Assembly (NCBI RefSeq): GCF_026571515.1
Contig: NW_026864227.1
Span: forward strand, 1-64,000
Length of the DNA: 64,000 nucleotides
From: Ruditapes philippinarum
Taxonomy: Eukaryota
Direction of reading: 5' to 3'
Below are positions 33,701 through 48,700 of this stretch, in pieces. The position numbers were made by a program, and so were the translations under genes. How positions within the stretch are numbered: position 1 is the first letter of the stretch; each line of letters begins with the position of its first letter. A model generated the notes under the pieces. The model was not told the origin of the DNA. It did not search any database and worked only from the letters and a program-made list of their open reading frames with translations.

Positions 33701-36700
33701 GGTGGTGCTATGACATAGCCAGGTATATACATGTTAATCAAGACTTTTGTTATTCTCTTATAATTTTGCCAAGTAATTAAAGGTATACAAACATAACATA
33801 ATATAAATTTTTAGTAAGCATTAAACATATCATACAATGTTTATAGCCAAAATGAAGAAAAATTAAATGTTAATATATGCATAAGCTTACCTGGAATATA
33901 GAGATATGTTGTTCTAGAATTTTCTGGAATTTAAGATTTTTATTATTTCAGGGATAGAAAAGATGAGCAGGGATTACAGTATTTCAGTGACAGTGGTAGA
34001 GTGATGGAAGTTCTAGAAGAAAAGATAGAGAAAGAGTTACTAGGGAAAGATACATTCCGTACTTGTAAAGATGGTGATACTATGAAAGTATCGTTACGCT
34101 ACCTGAAAGTAAGATCTTAATGACACATCAATTTTGTTGGTTTTAATTTTGGATGAACCAGCCTTTTTGATTTTATTTTTATAATTTTAGGAACACACAT
34201 TATATCTTGAGAGATGTCCTGTAGTATTAAGTTGTGATTATACATATAAAAATTAATGTGTCATTTTTGTGAAGTTTATACTATTTTTGTATAAAATGCT
34301 GGATTGCTTAGACCTTAGTTCCCATAACTTTCATGTTAAAACATTTTTATTTTAATTTTAGATAAGTTACTTTGTTATGAAAATTTTACAATTTATGGGT
34401 GAAATTTTTACCTTGGGTAATAGTTTTATAAAGTTTATTCAATTGTTTATTGTGTTCAGATTGTTATGATGTTTCCAATGTTTTTCCAGTGATTGATATT
34501 TGTTAAATAAAGTTAACATTTTCAAGGCTGCTTCATATAACATAAAATTGAGCCATGTTGTACCTTGATGGTAGATACATTTAAACATTTTATATTTTTG
34601 TTATTAGTTTAATGTTGTTTTAGATGTTTAATATAAATTTTGTATTATCAGGGCACTTTTAATATAAATTTTGTATTATCAGGGCACTTTTCATATAAAT
34701 TTGTATTATCAGGGCACTTTTAATATAAATTTAGTATTATCAGGGCACTTTTCATATAAATTTTGTATTATTAGGGCACTTTTAATATAAATTTTGTATT
34801 ATCAGGGCACTTTTAATATAAACTTTGTATTATCAGGGCACATTTACATATAAATTTTGTATTATCAGGGCACTTTTAATATAAATTTTGTATTATCAGG
34901 GCACTTTTCATATAAATTTTGTATTATTAGGGCACTTTTAATATAAATTTTGTATTATCAGGGCACTTTTAAGATCAGGGCACTTTGATATAAATTTTGT
35001 ATTATCAGGGCACTTTTTAATATAAATTTTGTATTATTTGGGCACTTTTGATATAAATTTTGTATACCAGGGTATGTTAAAGATAAACATTTTGTATTAT
35101 CAGGGCACTTTTAATATAATTTTGTATTATTAGGGCACTTTTAATATAATTTTGTATTATCAGGGCACTTTTAATATAAATTTTGTATTATTAGGGCACT
35201 TTTAATATAAATTTTGTATTATTAGGGCACTTTTAATATAAATTTTGTATTATCAGGGCACTTTTAATATAAATTTTGTATTATTAGGGCACTTTTAATA
35301 TAAATTTTGTATTATCAGGGCACTTTTAATATAAATTTTGTATTATTAGGGCACTTTTAATATAAATTTTGTATTATTAGGGCACTTTTATTATATATTT
35401 TGTATATCAGGGTATGTTAAAGATATACATTTTGTATTATCAGGGTATGTTTAATATATAAATTTTGTATTATTAGGGCACTTTTAATATAATTTTGTAT
35501 TATCAGGGCACTTTTAATATAAATTTTGTATTATTAGGGCACTTTTAAATATAAATTTTGTATTATCAGGGCACTTTTAATATAAATTTTGTATTATTAG
35601 GGCACTTTTAATATAAATTTTGTAATTATTAGGGCACTTTTAATATGAATTTTGTATTATCAGGGTATGTTAAAGATATACATTTTGTATTATCAGGGTA
35701 TGTTTAATATATAAATTTTGTATTATTAGGGCACTTTTAATATAATTTATTTTGTATTATCAGGGCACTTTTAATATAAATTTTGTATTATTAGGGCACT
35801 TTTAATATAAATTTTGTATTATTAGGGCACTTTTAATATAAATTTTGTATTATTAGGGCACTTTTAATATAAATTTTGTATGTCAGGGTATGTTAAAGAT
35901 AAACATTTTGTATTATCAGGGCACTTTTAATATAAATTTTGTATTATTAGGGCACTTTAATATAAATTTTGTATATCATGGTATGTTAAAGATATACATT
36001 TTGTATTATCAGGGCACTTTTAATATAAATTTTGTATTATTAGGGCACTTTTAATATAAATTTTGTATATCAGGGTATGTTAAAGATATACATTTTGTAT
36101 TATCAGGGCACTTTTAATATAAATTTTGTATTATTAGGGCACTTTTAATATAAATTTTGTATTATCAGGGTATGTTTAATATATACATTTTGTATTATTA
36201 GGGTATGTTAAAGATACACATTTTGTATTATCAGGGTATGTTTAATATAAATTTTGTATTATTAGGGCACTTTAATATAAATTTTGTATATCATGGTATG
36301 TTAAAGATATACATTTTGTATTATCAGGGCACTTTTAATATAAATTTTGTATTATTAGGGCACTTTTAATATAAATTTTGTATATCAGGGTATGTTAAAG
36401 ATATACATTTTGTATTATCAGGGCACTTTTAATATAAATTTTGTATTATTAGGGCACTTTTAATATAAATTTTGTATTATCAGGGTATGTTTAATATATA
36501 ATTTTTGTATTATCAGGGCACTTTTAATATAAATTTTGTATTATCAGGGCACTTTTAATATAAATTTTGTATTATCAGGGTATGTTTGATATATACATTT
36601 TGTATTATCAGGGTATGTTAAAGATACACATTTTGTATTATCAGGGTATGTTTAATATATATTTTGTATTATCAGGGTATGTTAAAGATATACATTTTGT

Positions 36701-39700
36701 ATTATCAGGGCACTTTTAATATAAATTTTGTAATATTAGGGCACTTTTAATATAAATTTTGTATTATCAGGGCACTTTTAATATAAATTTTGTATTATTA
36801 GGGCACTTTTACATATAAATTTTGTATTATCAGGGTATGTTAAAGATATACATTTTGTATTATCAGGGCACTTTTAATATAAATTTAGTATTATCAGGGC
36901 ACTTTTAATATAAATTTTGTATTATCAGGGCACTTTTAATATAAATTTTGTATTATCAGGGTATGTTTGATATACACATTTTGTATTATCAGGGTACTTT
37001 TAATATAAATTTTGTATTATCAGGGCACTTTTAATATAAATTTTGTATTATAAGGGGAACTTTTAATATAATTTTGTATTATCAGGGTATGTTTAATATA
37101 TAATTTTGTATTATCAGGGCACTTTTAATATAAATTTTGTATTATCAGGGCACTTTTAATATAAATTTTGTATTATCAGGGCACTTTTAATATAAATTTT
37201 GTATTATCAGGGCACTTTTAATATAAATTTTGTATTATCAGGGCACTTTTAATATAAATTTTGTATTATCAGGGTATGTTTGATATATACATTTTGTATT
37301 ATCAGGGTATGTTAAAGATACACATTTTGTATTATCAGGGTATGTTAAAGATACACATTTTGTATTATCAGGGTATGTTTAATATATATTTTGTATTATC
37401 AGGGCACTTTTAATATAAATTTTGTATTATCAGGGCACTTTTAATATAAATTTTGTATTATCAGGGCACTTTTAATATAAATTTTGTATTATCAGGGTAT
37501 GTTTGATATATACATTTTGTATTATCAGGGTATGTTAAAGATACACATTTTGTATTATCAGGGTATGTTTAATATAAATTTTGTATTATTAGGGTATGTT
37601 AAAGATATACATTTTGTATTATCAGGGTATGTTAAAGATACACATTTTGTATTATCAGGGTATGTTAAAGATACACATTTTGTATTATCAGGGTATGTTT
37701 AATATATATTTTGTATTATCAGGGCACTTTTAATATAAATTTTGTATTATCAGGGCACTTTTAATATAAATTTTGTATTATCAGGGCACTTTTAATATAA
37801 ATTTTGTATTATCAGGGTATGTTTGATATATACATTTTGTATTATCAGGGTATGTTAAAGATACACATTTTGTATTATCAGGGTATGTTTAATATAAATT
37901 TTGTATTATTAGGGCACTTTCAATATAAATTTTGTATTATCAGGGTATGTTTAATATATATTTTGTATTATCAGGGTATGTTAAAGATATACATTTTGTT
38001 TTATCAGGGCACATATAAAATGATGAAGTTATCATTACATCTCAATGGTACTGTCATATATAGCAAAGAGATGAAAGCAATACAAGTGAAAGTAAAACTT
38101 AATGCTTTAAGTAATGATGGTGTTTTCCTACAAATAACTACACCAGGAAAGGTAACATTCTCTTTCTATTATTTTGATTTTGTTTATATAGTCTCAAGTT
38201 CCAAATTGATTTATAAACTTTATAATAAAATTTAATTTATTATATTGGTTAAAGAAATTGATACCTAACCCTTAAAGATTGTGCCTCATGTAGAATAAAA
38301 TTACAAAAAAAAGTAATGATATAATAACATTGTAACTCTAAAGTTCCTCTTTCATGCATAAAGAAAATTTAAAGCCAAACAATGCATTATAAGTCCATTC
38401 GCTTCTTATCTAGATATAAATGTCTGATTTTTAAAGTTCATATAAAGAATATAAATGTCTGATATTTAAAGTTCATAAAGGATATAAATGTCTGATATTT
38501 AAAGTTCATATAGGATATAAATGTCTGATATTTAAAGTTCATAAAGGATATAAATGTCTGATATTTAAAGTTCATATAGGATATAAATGTCTGATATTTA
38601 AAGTTCATAAAGGATATAAATGTCTGATATTTAAAGTTCATAAAGGATATAAATGTCTGATATTTAAAGTTCATATAGGATATAAATGTCTGATATTTAA
38701 AGCTCATAAAGGATATAAATGTCTGATATTTAAAGTTCATAAAGGATATAAATGTCTGATATTTAAAGTTCATAAAGGATATAAATGTCTGATATTTAAA
38801 GTTCATAAAGAAACAGACAGAAGTAAAGAAGAATGAGAAGAAAAATTGTGGTGAAGCTGTTAAAGGACTAACATGTGGTAAGATTTACGTGACAATATAC
38901 ATGATAACAATATACATGATAACAATATACATGATAATAATATACATGATAACAATGTACATGATAACAATGTACATGATAACAATATACATGATAACAA
39001 TATACATGATAACAATGTACATGATAACAATATACATGATAACAATGTACATGATAACAATATACCTGATAATAATATACATGATAACAATATACATGAT
39101 AACAATGTACATGATAATAATATACATGATAACAATATACATGATAACAATATACCAGATAATAATATACATGATAACAATGTACATGATAACAATGTAC
39201 ATGATAACATTGTACATGATTACAATGTACATGATTACAATGTACATGATAACAATATACCTGATAACAAGGTACATGATAACAATGTACATGATAACAA
39301 TGTACATGATATCAATGTACATGATTACAATGTACATGCTAACAATATACCTGATAATAATATACATGATAACAATGTACATGATAACAATGTACATGAT
39401 AACAATATACATGATAATAATATACATGATAACAATGTAAATGATAACAATATACCTGATAATGATATACATGATACCAATGTACATGATAACAATGTAC
39501 ATGATAACATTGTACATGATTACAATGTACATGATAACAATGTACATGATAACAATGTACACGATAACAATGTAAATGATAACAATGTACATGATAACAA
39601 TGTACATGATAACAATATCCATGATAACAATATACATGACATGGTTAGATTTACGTAACAATATACATGACAAGATTTACATAACAATTTTACATGACTA

Positions 39701-42700
39701 AGTTAGTTTTATGAAACATTATACATGACATAGTTAGATTTAGTGTCATAACAATTTGACACTACATAATTTTCGTTATATACAAACATAGCATTAAAGC
39801 ATGCTAATGTCAGTGTTACACTATAGGCATGTCAATGAAATATTACTCTTTTTTTAACTGTAAACTATTCTTGTTTTTGATATGTGATAAATAAAGTATT
39901 ATTATCTTGTACTAATTTTTTTAACTCGTTGAATAAACCAAAATTATGCTCACCAGGGGCTGGCATAATATAATTTCATTCAACTTATCCAACAAATTCA
40001 GTTTAAGATCTTCACTCATTCAATATCCTCTATTTAATTTAGTTCATCTTTCTGTTGTGTTTTAAAGACAATAGAGATGCAGTCAGGTAAATAAATATTT
40101 CAGATTACAGATAAAGTTTATCAGTATCATTATAATATTAACAGTTTAAAATAAAACAATATACACCATCATTTAAATGTACAATATTTATTATTTTCAG
40201 CTTTGGAGATGAAGATGTATAATATGTTAGAGTCAATGGAGAGTGTTTGTTTTAACGGTCGAGGTTTAAGCCTGTCCGGTTCTGCATGTGTAACTCTGCC
40301 ATCTAAGCTCACATTACAGAATCTTAAATACCCGAAACAAAGCTTGTTTAATGAGGTCATATATCACCATCTGTGTCTTACATGGAGTAAGTAGGAATTA
40401 TATATTTATACCCATAAATAATGCATGAAGGTTATCCTCCAAATTTATAAAGCTGTGTCTCACATGGAGTAAGTAGGTATTATATATTTATAGACATGAA
40501 TAATGCTTGAAGGTCATCCTCCAATTATAAAGCTGTGTCTCACATGGAGTAAGTAGGTATTATATATTTATACCCATAAATAATGCATGAAGGTCATCCT
40601 TCAATTATAAAGCTGTGTCTCACATGGAGTAAGTAGGTATTATATATTTATAGACATAAATAATGCTTGAAGGTCATCCTTCAATTATAAAGCTGTGTCT
40701 CACATGGAGTAAGTAGGTATTATATATTTATAGACATAAATAATGCTTGAAGGTCATCCTCCAATTATAAAGCTGTGTCTCACATGGAGTAAGTAGGTAT
40801 TATATATTTATACCCATAAATAATGCATGAAGGTTATCCTCCAATTATAAAGCTGTGTCTCACATGGAGTAAGTAGGTATTATATATTTATAGACATAAA
40901 TAATGCTTGAAGGTCATCCTTCAATTATAAATGTGAAAAGTTTGTCATGTGAGATTAACTGTATCATTGTGACATAAAACTCTGTTACAATAATATTATT
41001 ACAAAACTTTAGATATATAAATTTAAGTTTAATTGTGACATTTTGTAAAATATGAACTGAACCAAACTAACTAAATGCACTTCTAATGATCTTGCAACAT
41101 TTTTTTACTTCAGACCCTGTAGCAGGTCGTGCAACACTTTCTGTACGTAATCAAGGAGAAGCAATGATTGCTGATCGTAGAAAGTACAGTACATGGAACA
41201 TGAAGCGTCTTGTACATTTTAGTGATGGTAAAGGTATACATGACAGTGATGTAAACAGTAAAGAAGATTTGGTGCCAGTATTGTGGATGTGGCATTTTAT
41301 TATGACTACATACCCTGAGGTAATTATACTTAAAGGTCAACAAAAAAAAGTTTAATTATATCTATAAATTGTAACATTTTTATCATTCTGTAATTAAGAA
41401 ATAATGTTTTACATACAAAAAATACTTTGTAAGCATACATAAACTAGCTTGATATAAAAAATATACATATGAACATGATACAATATTAGATTAAAAAGCA
41501 TGTCATTTGTTTTGTGGAGATAATATAGTTGTTTTTCATTTATTATTTTAAAATTTAATCTCAGACATGTTTATATTGTTGGTAAAGCAGAACCCATGAG
41601 GGATTTGTTATGTACATTACCAGCAATTTGCTTAATTTGTATTGTCTTGATTAATTTTGTAGATGATACTGCCTGGTACAACTCAAAATTTGTTTCCAGA
41701 CAATTTTCTGACAGACAAGAACCAGATACAGGTAGGTGTATGTAATAAGTCAAACATTCACATAATTGATGGCTATATAGAAATCATGAAGTCCCGTCAT
41801 TATTTGCTCTTACACTTATCAACTTTGTTACAGAAGGGATTGACTTCAGGTTTCTTATTGGTGTCTTTTCTGTTAAAGCATAGGAATTTCATTTTCTCTT
41901 TCATTGGCATGGTCCAAGCATGGTACAAATATGTTATAGGTCTAATATTTCAGTTATACAGAAATAATAGTTTTGTGTCCAGTATTTAATTAGTTGAGCC
42001 ACTGTCTCCCCTGACAGCTCTTGTTCATTGAAACCAGAACTTATTTTAATTTAAAGATTAAACTACATAATTATGAAAAGACATAAACAAATTCCATAAT
42101 GCAAGATTTTACTTACAATTGATACTTAATGGACATTATGAAATTATTTAATTAATATTGTGTAGTTTAGTTCTTGAAGAAAGGTGGAATTTGTGATGAA
42201 AGTATTGGTTTATTTTTATATTTATGTACTTTATTAACCCAGTCTTTTGTTATGTTTTGTTTTGTTGTATGGGCACAATCAAAGCTAATACCTCTATCAG
42301 TACTTTTTGTATATATAAAAGCTTTTGTTACTGTACAATGTTATTTTATTTTTGGTATTCCATGCAATGGAACACTGCAGAAAATCCACTTTGTATTTAG
42401 ACCTCACTTGTTAGATTTAGCTAAATACCTACAATAATTACATTTTTTTTCTGTTAAAATGATTTATTATTTATATAAAATAAATCTGTAGTAGAATATT
42501 ATAACTAGACGATAGTCTTTGACATCAATGAATTAAACATTATATGTATGTGTATATGAAGGTGAAGGAAGGACTGCGTGCTCTCGTCATGGCAGGATTC
42601 TGGAAACATTTCAGCGAGTTTGATATCGGTTCTTTGGAGGATATGTTTCAGAAGAACTCAAAAGGCATCCTAATGTTTACTGGAGGAAATCCAATAGTGA

Positions 42701-45700
42701 AGAGCTCTTTGGTAAGATTCATTCTATTTTTAGCTTAACTTATATCAGCTGACAACATTGCATACAGTACAGGTTTTTTATTGCAATTTAATTTCTTATT
42801 TACTACTGAAGGTATTCTTTTGAAACAGTTTTATTTTATGTGACTGTCTAGGGCCCATGACCACCCTGCATGGACATGACTGGCTTGTCACTCTTTGTGT
42901 ATCTAAAAATATCTTAAGGCTATGAACAAGTTTTACCTCTACAATTACTGTATACATGTCTTCATTTGAACTTTAACTTTGCTGTTTGTCTATTATATAT
43001 GTGACTTCAGTGGTTAATTAATGTGGGTCCTGTGTCAGAGAAACATAAAAAGATTGATGCACAGTTTTTAAAAAATGTGCATCTTTTGGATGCATGGAAA
43101 TTGTACAGACTGTATCTCAAAATCTCATGATCAATGATTAGTATGCAACACAAGACAAATAATATTAGCATAGGTTTTCATGAATGATTCCCCTTTTGAA
43201 CTGAAGATCTGTTCTGGGTAAGTCATGTAATGAAGGTGCTATTCAGTAGTCAGATTATGTTCTTTACTTTCATCTTATTTATAATGAATCAAGATCATCT
43301 GCCAAAAGAACCTCCATATGCCAGATCTCCAAACACAGCTCAGGTGTACAAAATGTTGCCTTATTTTTTCTATTTGTTTTGTTTTCAAGTACATGGCTGT
43401 CAGGGAATGTTTCTATTTTCTTGTCTTCAGATACATTATTGTTGTATAATATATACATTTATTGTAATTACATTATAGTGATGTAACGTCAACATTTGTT
43501 ACATGATGTAGGTAATTATTAATGTTTATTTTTAGGAGTTACAAGAGATCCTACAGGAGAACATAGACAAGACAGGTTTAAAACATGTATATAGCAAATT
43601 CAACAAAAATATCAATCTGTATTTATGCCCAGGACATGCTAACTGTATGTGTATGAAGGATAACTTAGTGGAGGTGTTACCTGAACTATATGGACATTAC
43701 TCAGAATTCCTGTCTTTCATAGATCTTGGTTACAACAATCTAACTGTTATACCTGAAAACTTCTTCAACAGCTTACCAAACTTGCTGGATTTTAAAATAG
43801 CTCACAATTTCATCAGTGAAATACCAGGTAAACTGTCATCTACTTTAATTTTGAAATATATTCTTTGATATAAATGTATTATCAGGTGAATGGGTTTATA
43901 ATAAAAGGTTTGTGGTACATTAAAACTAAAAAAAAATGTTTAATCTCCTTTATAAAACATTGCTAAAAGAGTATGAAACATGTATGGAATTTGTATGCTT
44001 TAAATGAATAATGTGATATAACAATAATCACATACATTACAGGTACCATCCCCTACTCTAACTTATATACTTACATAAAAGTTGCCATGAATATTCAATT
44101 ATTAGAAAGACGGGCATGTATAACATAAGCTGAAATCATATAAAATGTAATTTTGTTAAAATAAAGTATAAATATGGAAGCTTAAAACATGTTCTGTAAA
44201 AAACTATTTTCATCTTACTTATACAGTTATAAATCACATAAAAATCAGACAGTGTAATGTTGGTAGGATATGTATCATCAGAATATCAATACTAAATGTT
44301 TTCATTTGATATAATTTATATCAGGTATGCCTTGTGTTTTCCTAACAACTTTCATTATAAGAAACTATTTAATTTAGAGATGGTCTCAATTTAGCAGCAT
44401 TGATTATATATATTTTTACAAACAGTTAAAATTGAAGTTAATGTTATTATATGTTTACATTTCAAATAAAACAATTTTAGTTTTTAACTACCAAGCTGTT
44501 TTTATTTTTAGCATCAGTAAAGAATTGTAAGAAGTTATTGAGTTTGGTTGCCATGGAGAACAACATTGCAGATCTACCTGATAGTTTATCAGAGTTGACT
44601 GCCCTTCAAATTCTTGAGCTTGGAAATAACTGTTTCCCTAAAGTACCGAGTGTTGTTACAAAGCTTACCAGTTTAACTAAGCTAACTTTCCCATACATGA
44701 TGCTCACAGGTAAACAATATTCTTCTTGGGTTCTTTTTATTGTAAAGTCGTCTTTGAATCTAGTAAATTAACTGTAGCATTAAGATTATTTCTTTTTATT
44801 GACCTATAGTAAACAGCTTTCAATAGTTGAATAAATATTACTTGTAATGTTATTTTGAATATAGAAATCATAATGTGAATGAAACAGTCAGATGTTCCCA
44901 GGCAGGGAAGTGTAACAATGGCCTGTAAACTAATAATGAAGTTGTAGATGCATAAGTTGTTAACTAACTGGTAAAGAAACAATAGCAGTTAGTTATTAAC
45001 CAGAAATTATATTGTAGTTATAATTTTCAGACATTGTATAATTAAAATAATTTACAGACATTGTATAATTACAGTTATAATTTACAGACATTGTATAATT
45101 ACAATAATTTACAGACATTGTATAATTACAGTTATAATTTACAGACATTGTATAATTACAATAATTTACAGACATTGTATAATTACAATAATTTACAGAC
45201 ATTGTATAATTACAATAATTTACAGACATTGTATAATTACAGTTATAATTTACAGACATTGTATAATTACAATAATTTACAGACATTGCATAATTACAAT
45301 AATTTACAGACATTGCATAATTACAATAAATTACAGACATTGTATAATTACAATAATTTACAGACATTGTATAATTACAATAATTTACAGACATTGTATA
45401 ATTACAATAAATTACAGACATTGTATAATTACAATAATTTACAGACATTGTATAATTACAATAAATTACAGACATTGTATAATTACAATAATTTACAGAC
45501 ATTGTATAATTACAATAATTTACAGACATTGTATAATTACAATAATTTACAGACATTGTATAATTACAGTTATAATTTACAGACATTGTATAATTACAAT
45601 AATTTACAGACATTGTATAATTACAGAAATGCCAGATGATATAGGTAATCTTGTCAACTTGAAGTACTTACATGTTCATGGTAATTGTTTTACCAAGCTA

Positions 45701-48700
45701 CCCAGTAGCTTCACCAAACTAGTTAATCTGGAAGAGTTCCTATGCAGTAAGATTTGTTTACATATTATCAACATTTTATTAATTATCCTTGTTTGTTATC
45801 TGATGTAAGGATCCTAAAAGCCTTTGAATTTTAAAGTTAGTAATGAATGTTAAAGGTATAAGGTGTAAGTTGAAGTTATTGATCTGAGTCTAATCTGTTA
45901 ATCTACAGTTGTGATCTGACACTAGGGTATTAATCTCAGTATTGATTTATGACTAAGATTTAATATTAATTTGAGACAAAGGTATTGATCTGAGACTGAG
46001 GTATTAATCTGAGACTAATGTAGATGTGAGACTAATGTAAAAGTGTTGATCTGAGACGGAGGTATTAATCTGAGACTAATGTAGATGTGAGACTAATGTA
46101 AAGGTGTTGATCTGAGACTGAGGTATTAATCTGAGACTAATGTAGATGTGAGACTAATATAAAGGTGTTGATCTTAGTCTAAGGTATTGATCTGAGACTT
46201 GGATATAAATCTCAGTCTTAGCTATTGGTCTTAGACTAATGTAATGATCTGAGTCTAAGTTAATGATCTAAATCTAAGGTATTGATCTGAGTCTGAGGTA
46301 TAGATCATAATCTAAGTTGATAGTGAGGCTTAAGTATTTATCTGAGACTTAAAATATTAATTTGAGACTTAAGTTTTGATTAATCTTGGTATGAAACTCC
46401 CATCTTTAAATATGCTGTTATATTTGCAGCTGGTGTTTCTGTAACATATCTATATTTATTTGTTTGTAACTGTGGATTTCATTATCATATAATATGCTTG
46501 ATTTTATGGTAATATACTTTTTTATTTTTTGTAATGTTTGACTATATCTTTGTTTGTATCTGTTATTTATTGTGATTACATTTTTTGATTGTATATACAT
46601 GTATATTAATTGTGTTGTGTTTGTTTGTAGATGGTGTTCAGTGGGCCAAGTTAAGCTCATCTCAGGACCATGTTTCCTATCAAGAGTTCAACTATTTCCT
46701 ACAAAGGAAGATTGACAGATGGCTGGAAGCAAATGGAAAGGTATTTTTTATCAGGGGAAATAACTTACTTGTCTGTATATACAAGAATAACTGATTAGAT
46801 AGACTTAACTGGCATTCATCAATTTACACTACATATAATCATCACATCAACAATTTAAAACTTTTCACCATCTGTTTTAAAAAAAAAAACCCATTATGTA
46901 TGATTTCTGGATGTTGTTTTTCTATAACAAGAATGTTTTATGAAATACGATGTTAAATTTGTAACCAGGTGTTATGGTATTGAATCCAGGTTTCTATATG
47001 ATTGAAACTAGGTGTGTATAACTTTTGTTCTTTTAAATTTTTTAGGATAAGAGGGAATTATTTCACATGTTTGATGAGAATAGTAATGGTGTGTTAGATA
47101 TTAAAGAAATAGGCAAACTAAATGCTGCTATATTTAATCTATTTCCACGTCTTGGATACAAAGGGAAAGAGCAGCCAGGTAATTATTTGTTAATACAAAA
47201 TAAATATAGACTTTATACATTATCTTTATAAAATTTTAGATTTGAAAATAATTATAAGCTTTAATGTAAAAGTGCCTTTTGCTTCTTGTAATGGAATGTA
47301 CAATGCTGATCCCTTAATACCTGCATGTTTTGGAGAGATAGTCAAGGCATTGGCAGATGATTGAAGATACTCTGCAGCATGTAACATGGCTTTCTATAGC
47401 TCAGGACTATGTTTAGGGGGGGGGGGCACTACTAAGCTTGCATGAAGTTAGCTGCCGATGTCCAGACTGAAGCCAATGGTAGGCAGGGGTGAGAAGGAAG
47501 GATACTGTGGTGCAAGAACCGCTAGTAGCAAGAAACGGCTTGAAGGGAGACATCCTTTACTAGCAACCTCTGCCATTATTGTTACAGGTTTGAAAAGTAG
47601 CGTTTGCTATCAAGTATGGCCATGGGCATTTCACCAGTCATACCCTTAAAGTTATAATTTTGAAAAGCAATAGTTGGAGTATAATTTTTCATTTATTTTT
47701 ACTTCTGTTTAGATGAATCTACCCCTGATGGTTTTCCCAGGGAGATATTAAGCTGTACAAAGTTGAAGGTGTTGATACTTGCGAACCAAGGAATTACCCG
47801 GATACCACCAGAGATCTGTCAGCTAACAAACCTGTATGAACTGAACCTCACTCACAACCCAAATCTACTCTCTGTACCTGCAGAAATTAGCCAGATCAAA
47901 TCATTAAAAAGTTTGTACATTTATTATATCATTTCCAATTATTACTGTGACTAAATTGGCATTTATTTATAAATAACATTTTGATGAATTAATGATGGGG
48001 TTTAAATGATGGCAATCAGGTTTACTGTTCCTATTCAGATTATATAATTTCAATGCAATGCTCAATTTTTCTGTTTTCATAGAGGTTGCTGACAATTATT
48101 ATGTTTTTTTTTCTAACTAATTGGCTAACTAACGCTCTATAACTCCTATACCACTTGAAGGATTTTCTTCAAATTTGGCTCAAATGTTCACCTCAGCAAG
48201 GGGATGTGCAGAATCCATGTTGCCCATGTGTCAGCTCAAGGTCAAGGTCACAGTTGAAGGTCAAATATCAAACACAATCATATATTAGACAGTTTGTCGT
48301 GTCCGCTCTGTAGGTCCTACAATAATTGAAAGATTTGCTTCAAACTTGGCTAAAATGTTCACCTCAACAAGGGGATGTGCAGAACTCATGTTGCCCATGT
48401 GTCATTTTAAGGTCAAGGTCACAATTGAAGGTCGAATATCAAACAATCAAATATTACACAATATGTCGTTTCCGCTCTGTTAGTCCTACACTAATTGAAA
48501 GATTTTCTTCAAACTTGGCTCAAATGTTCATTTCAACAAGGGGATGTGCAGAACCCATGTTGCCCATGTGTTAGCTCAAGGTCAAGGTCACAATTGAAGG
48601 TCAAATATCAAACAATCAAATATTACACAGTATGTCGTGTCCGCTCTGTAAGTCCTACACTTATTGAAAGATTTTCTTCAAACTTGGCTCAAATGTTCAC

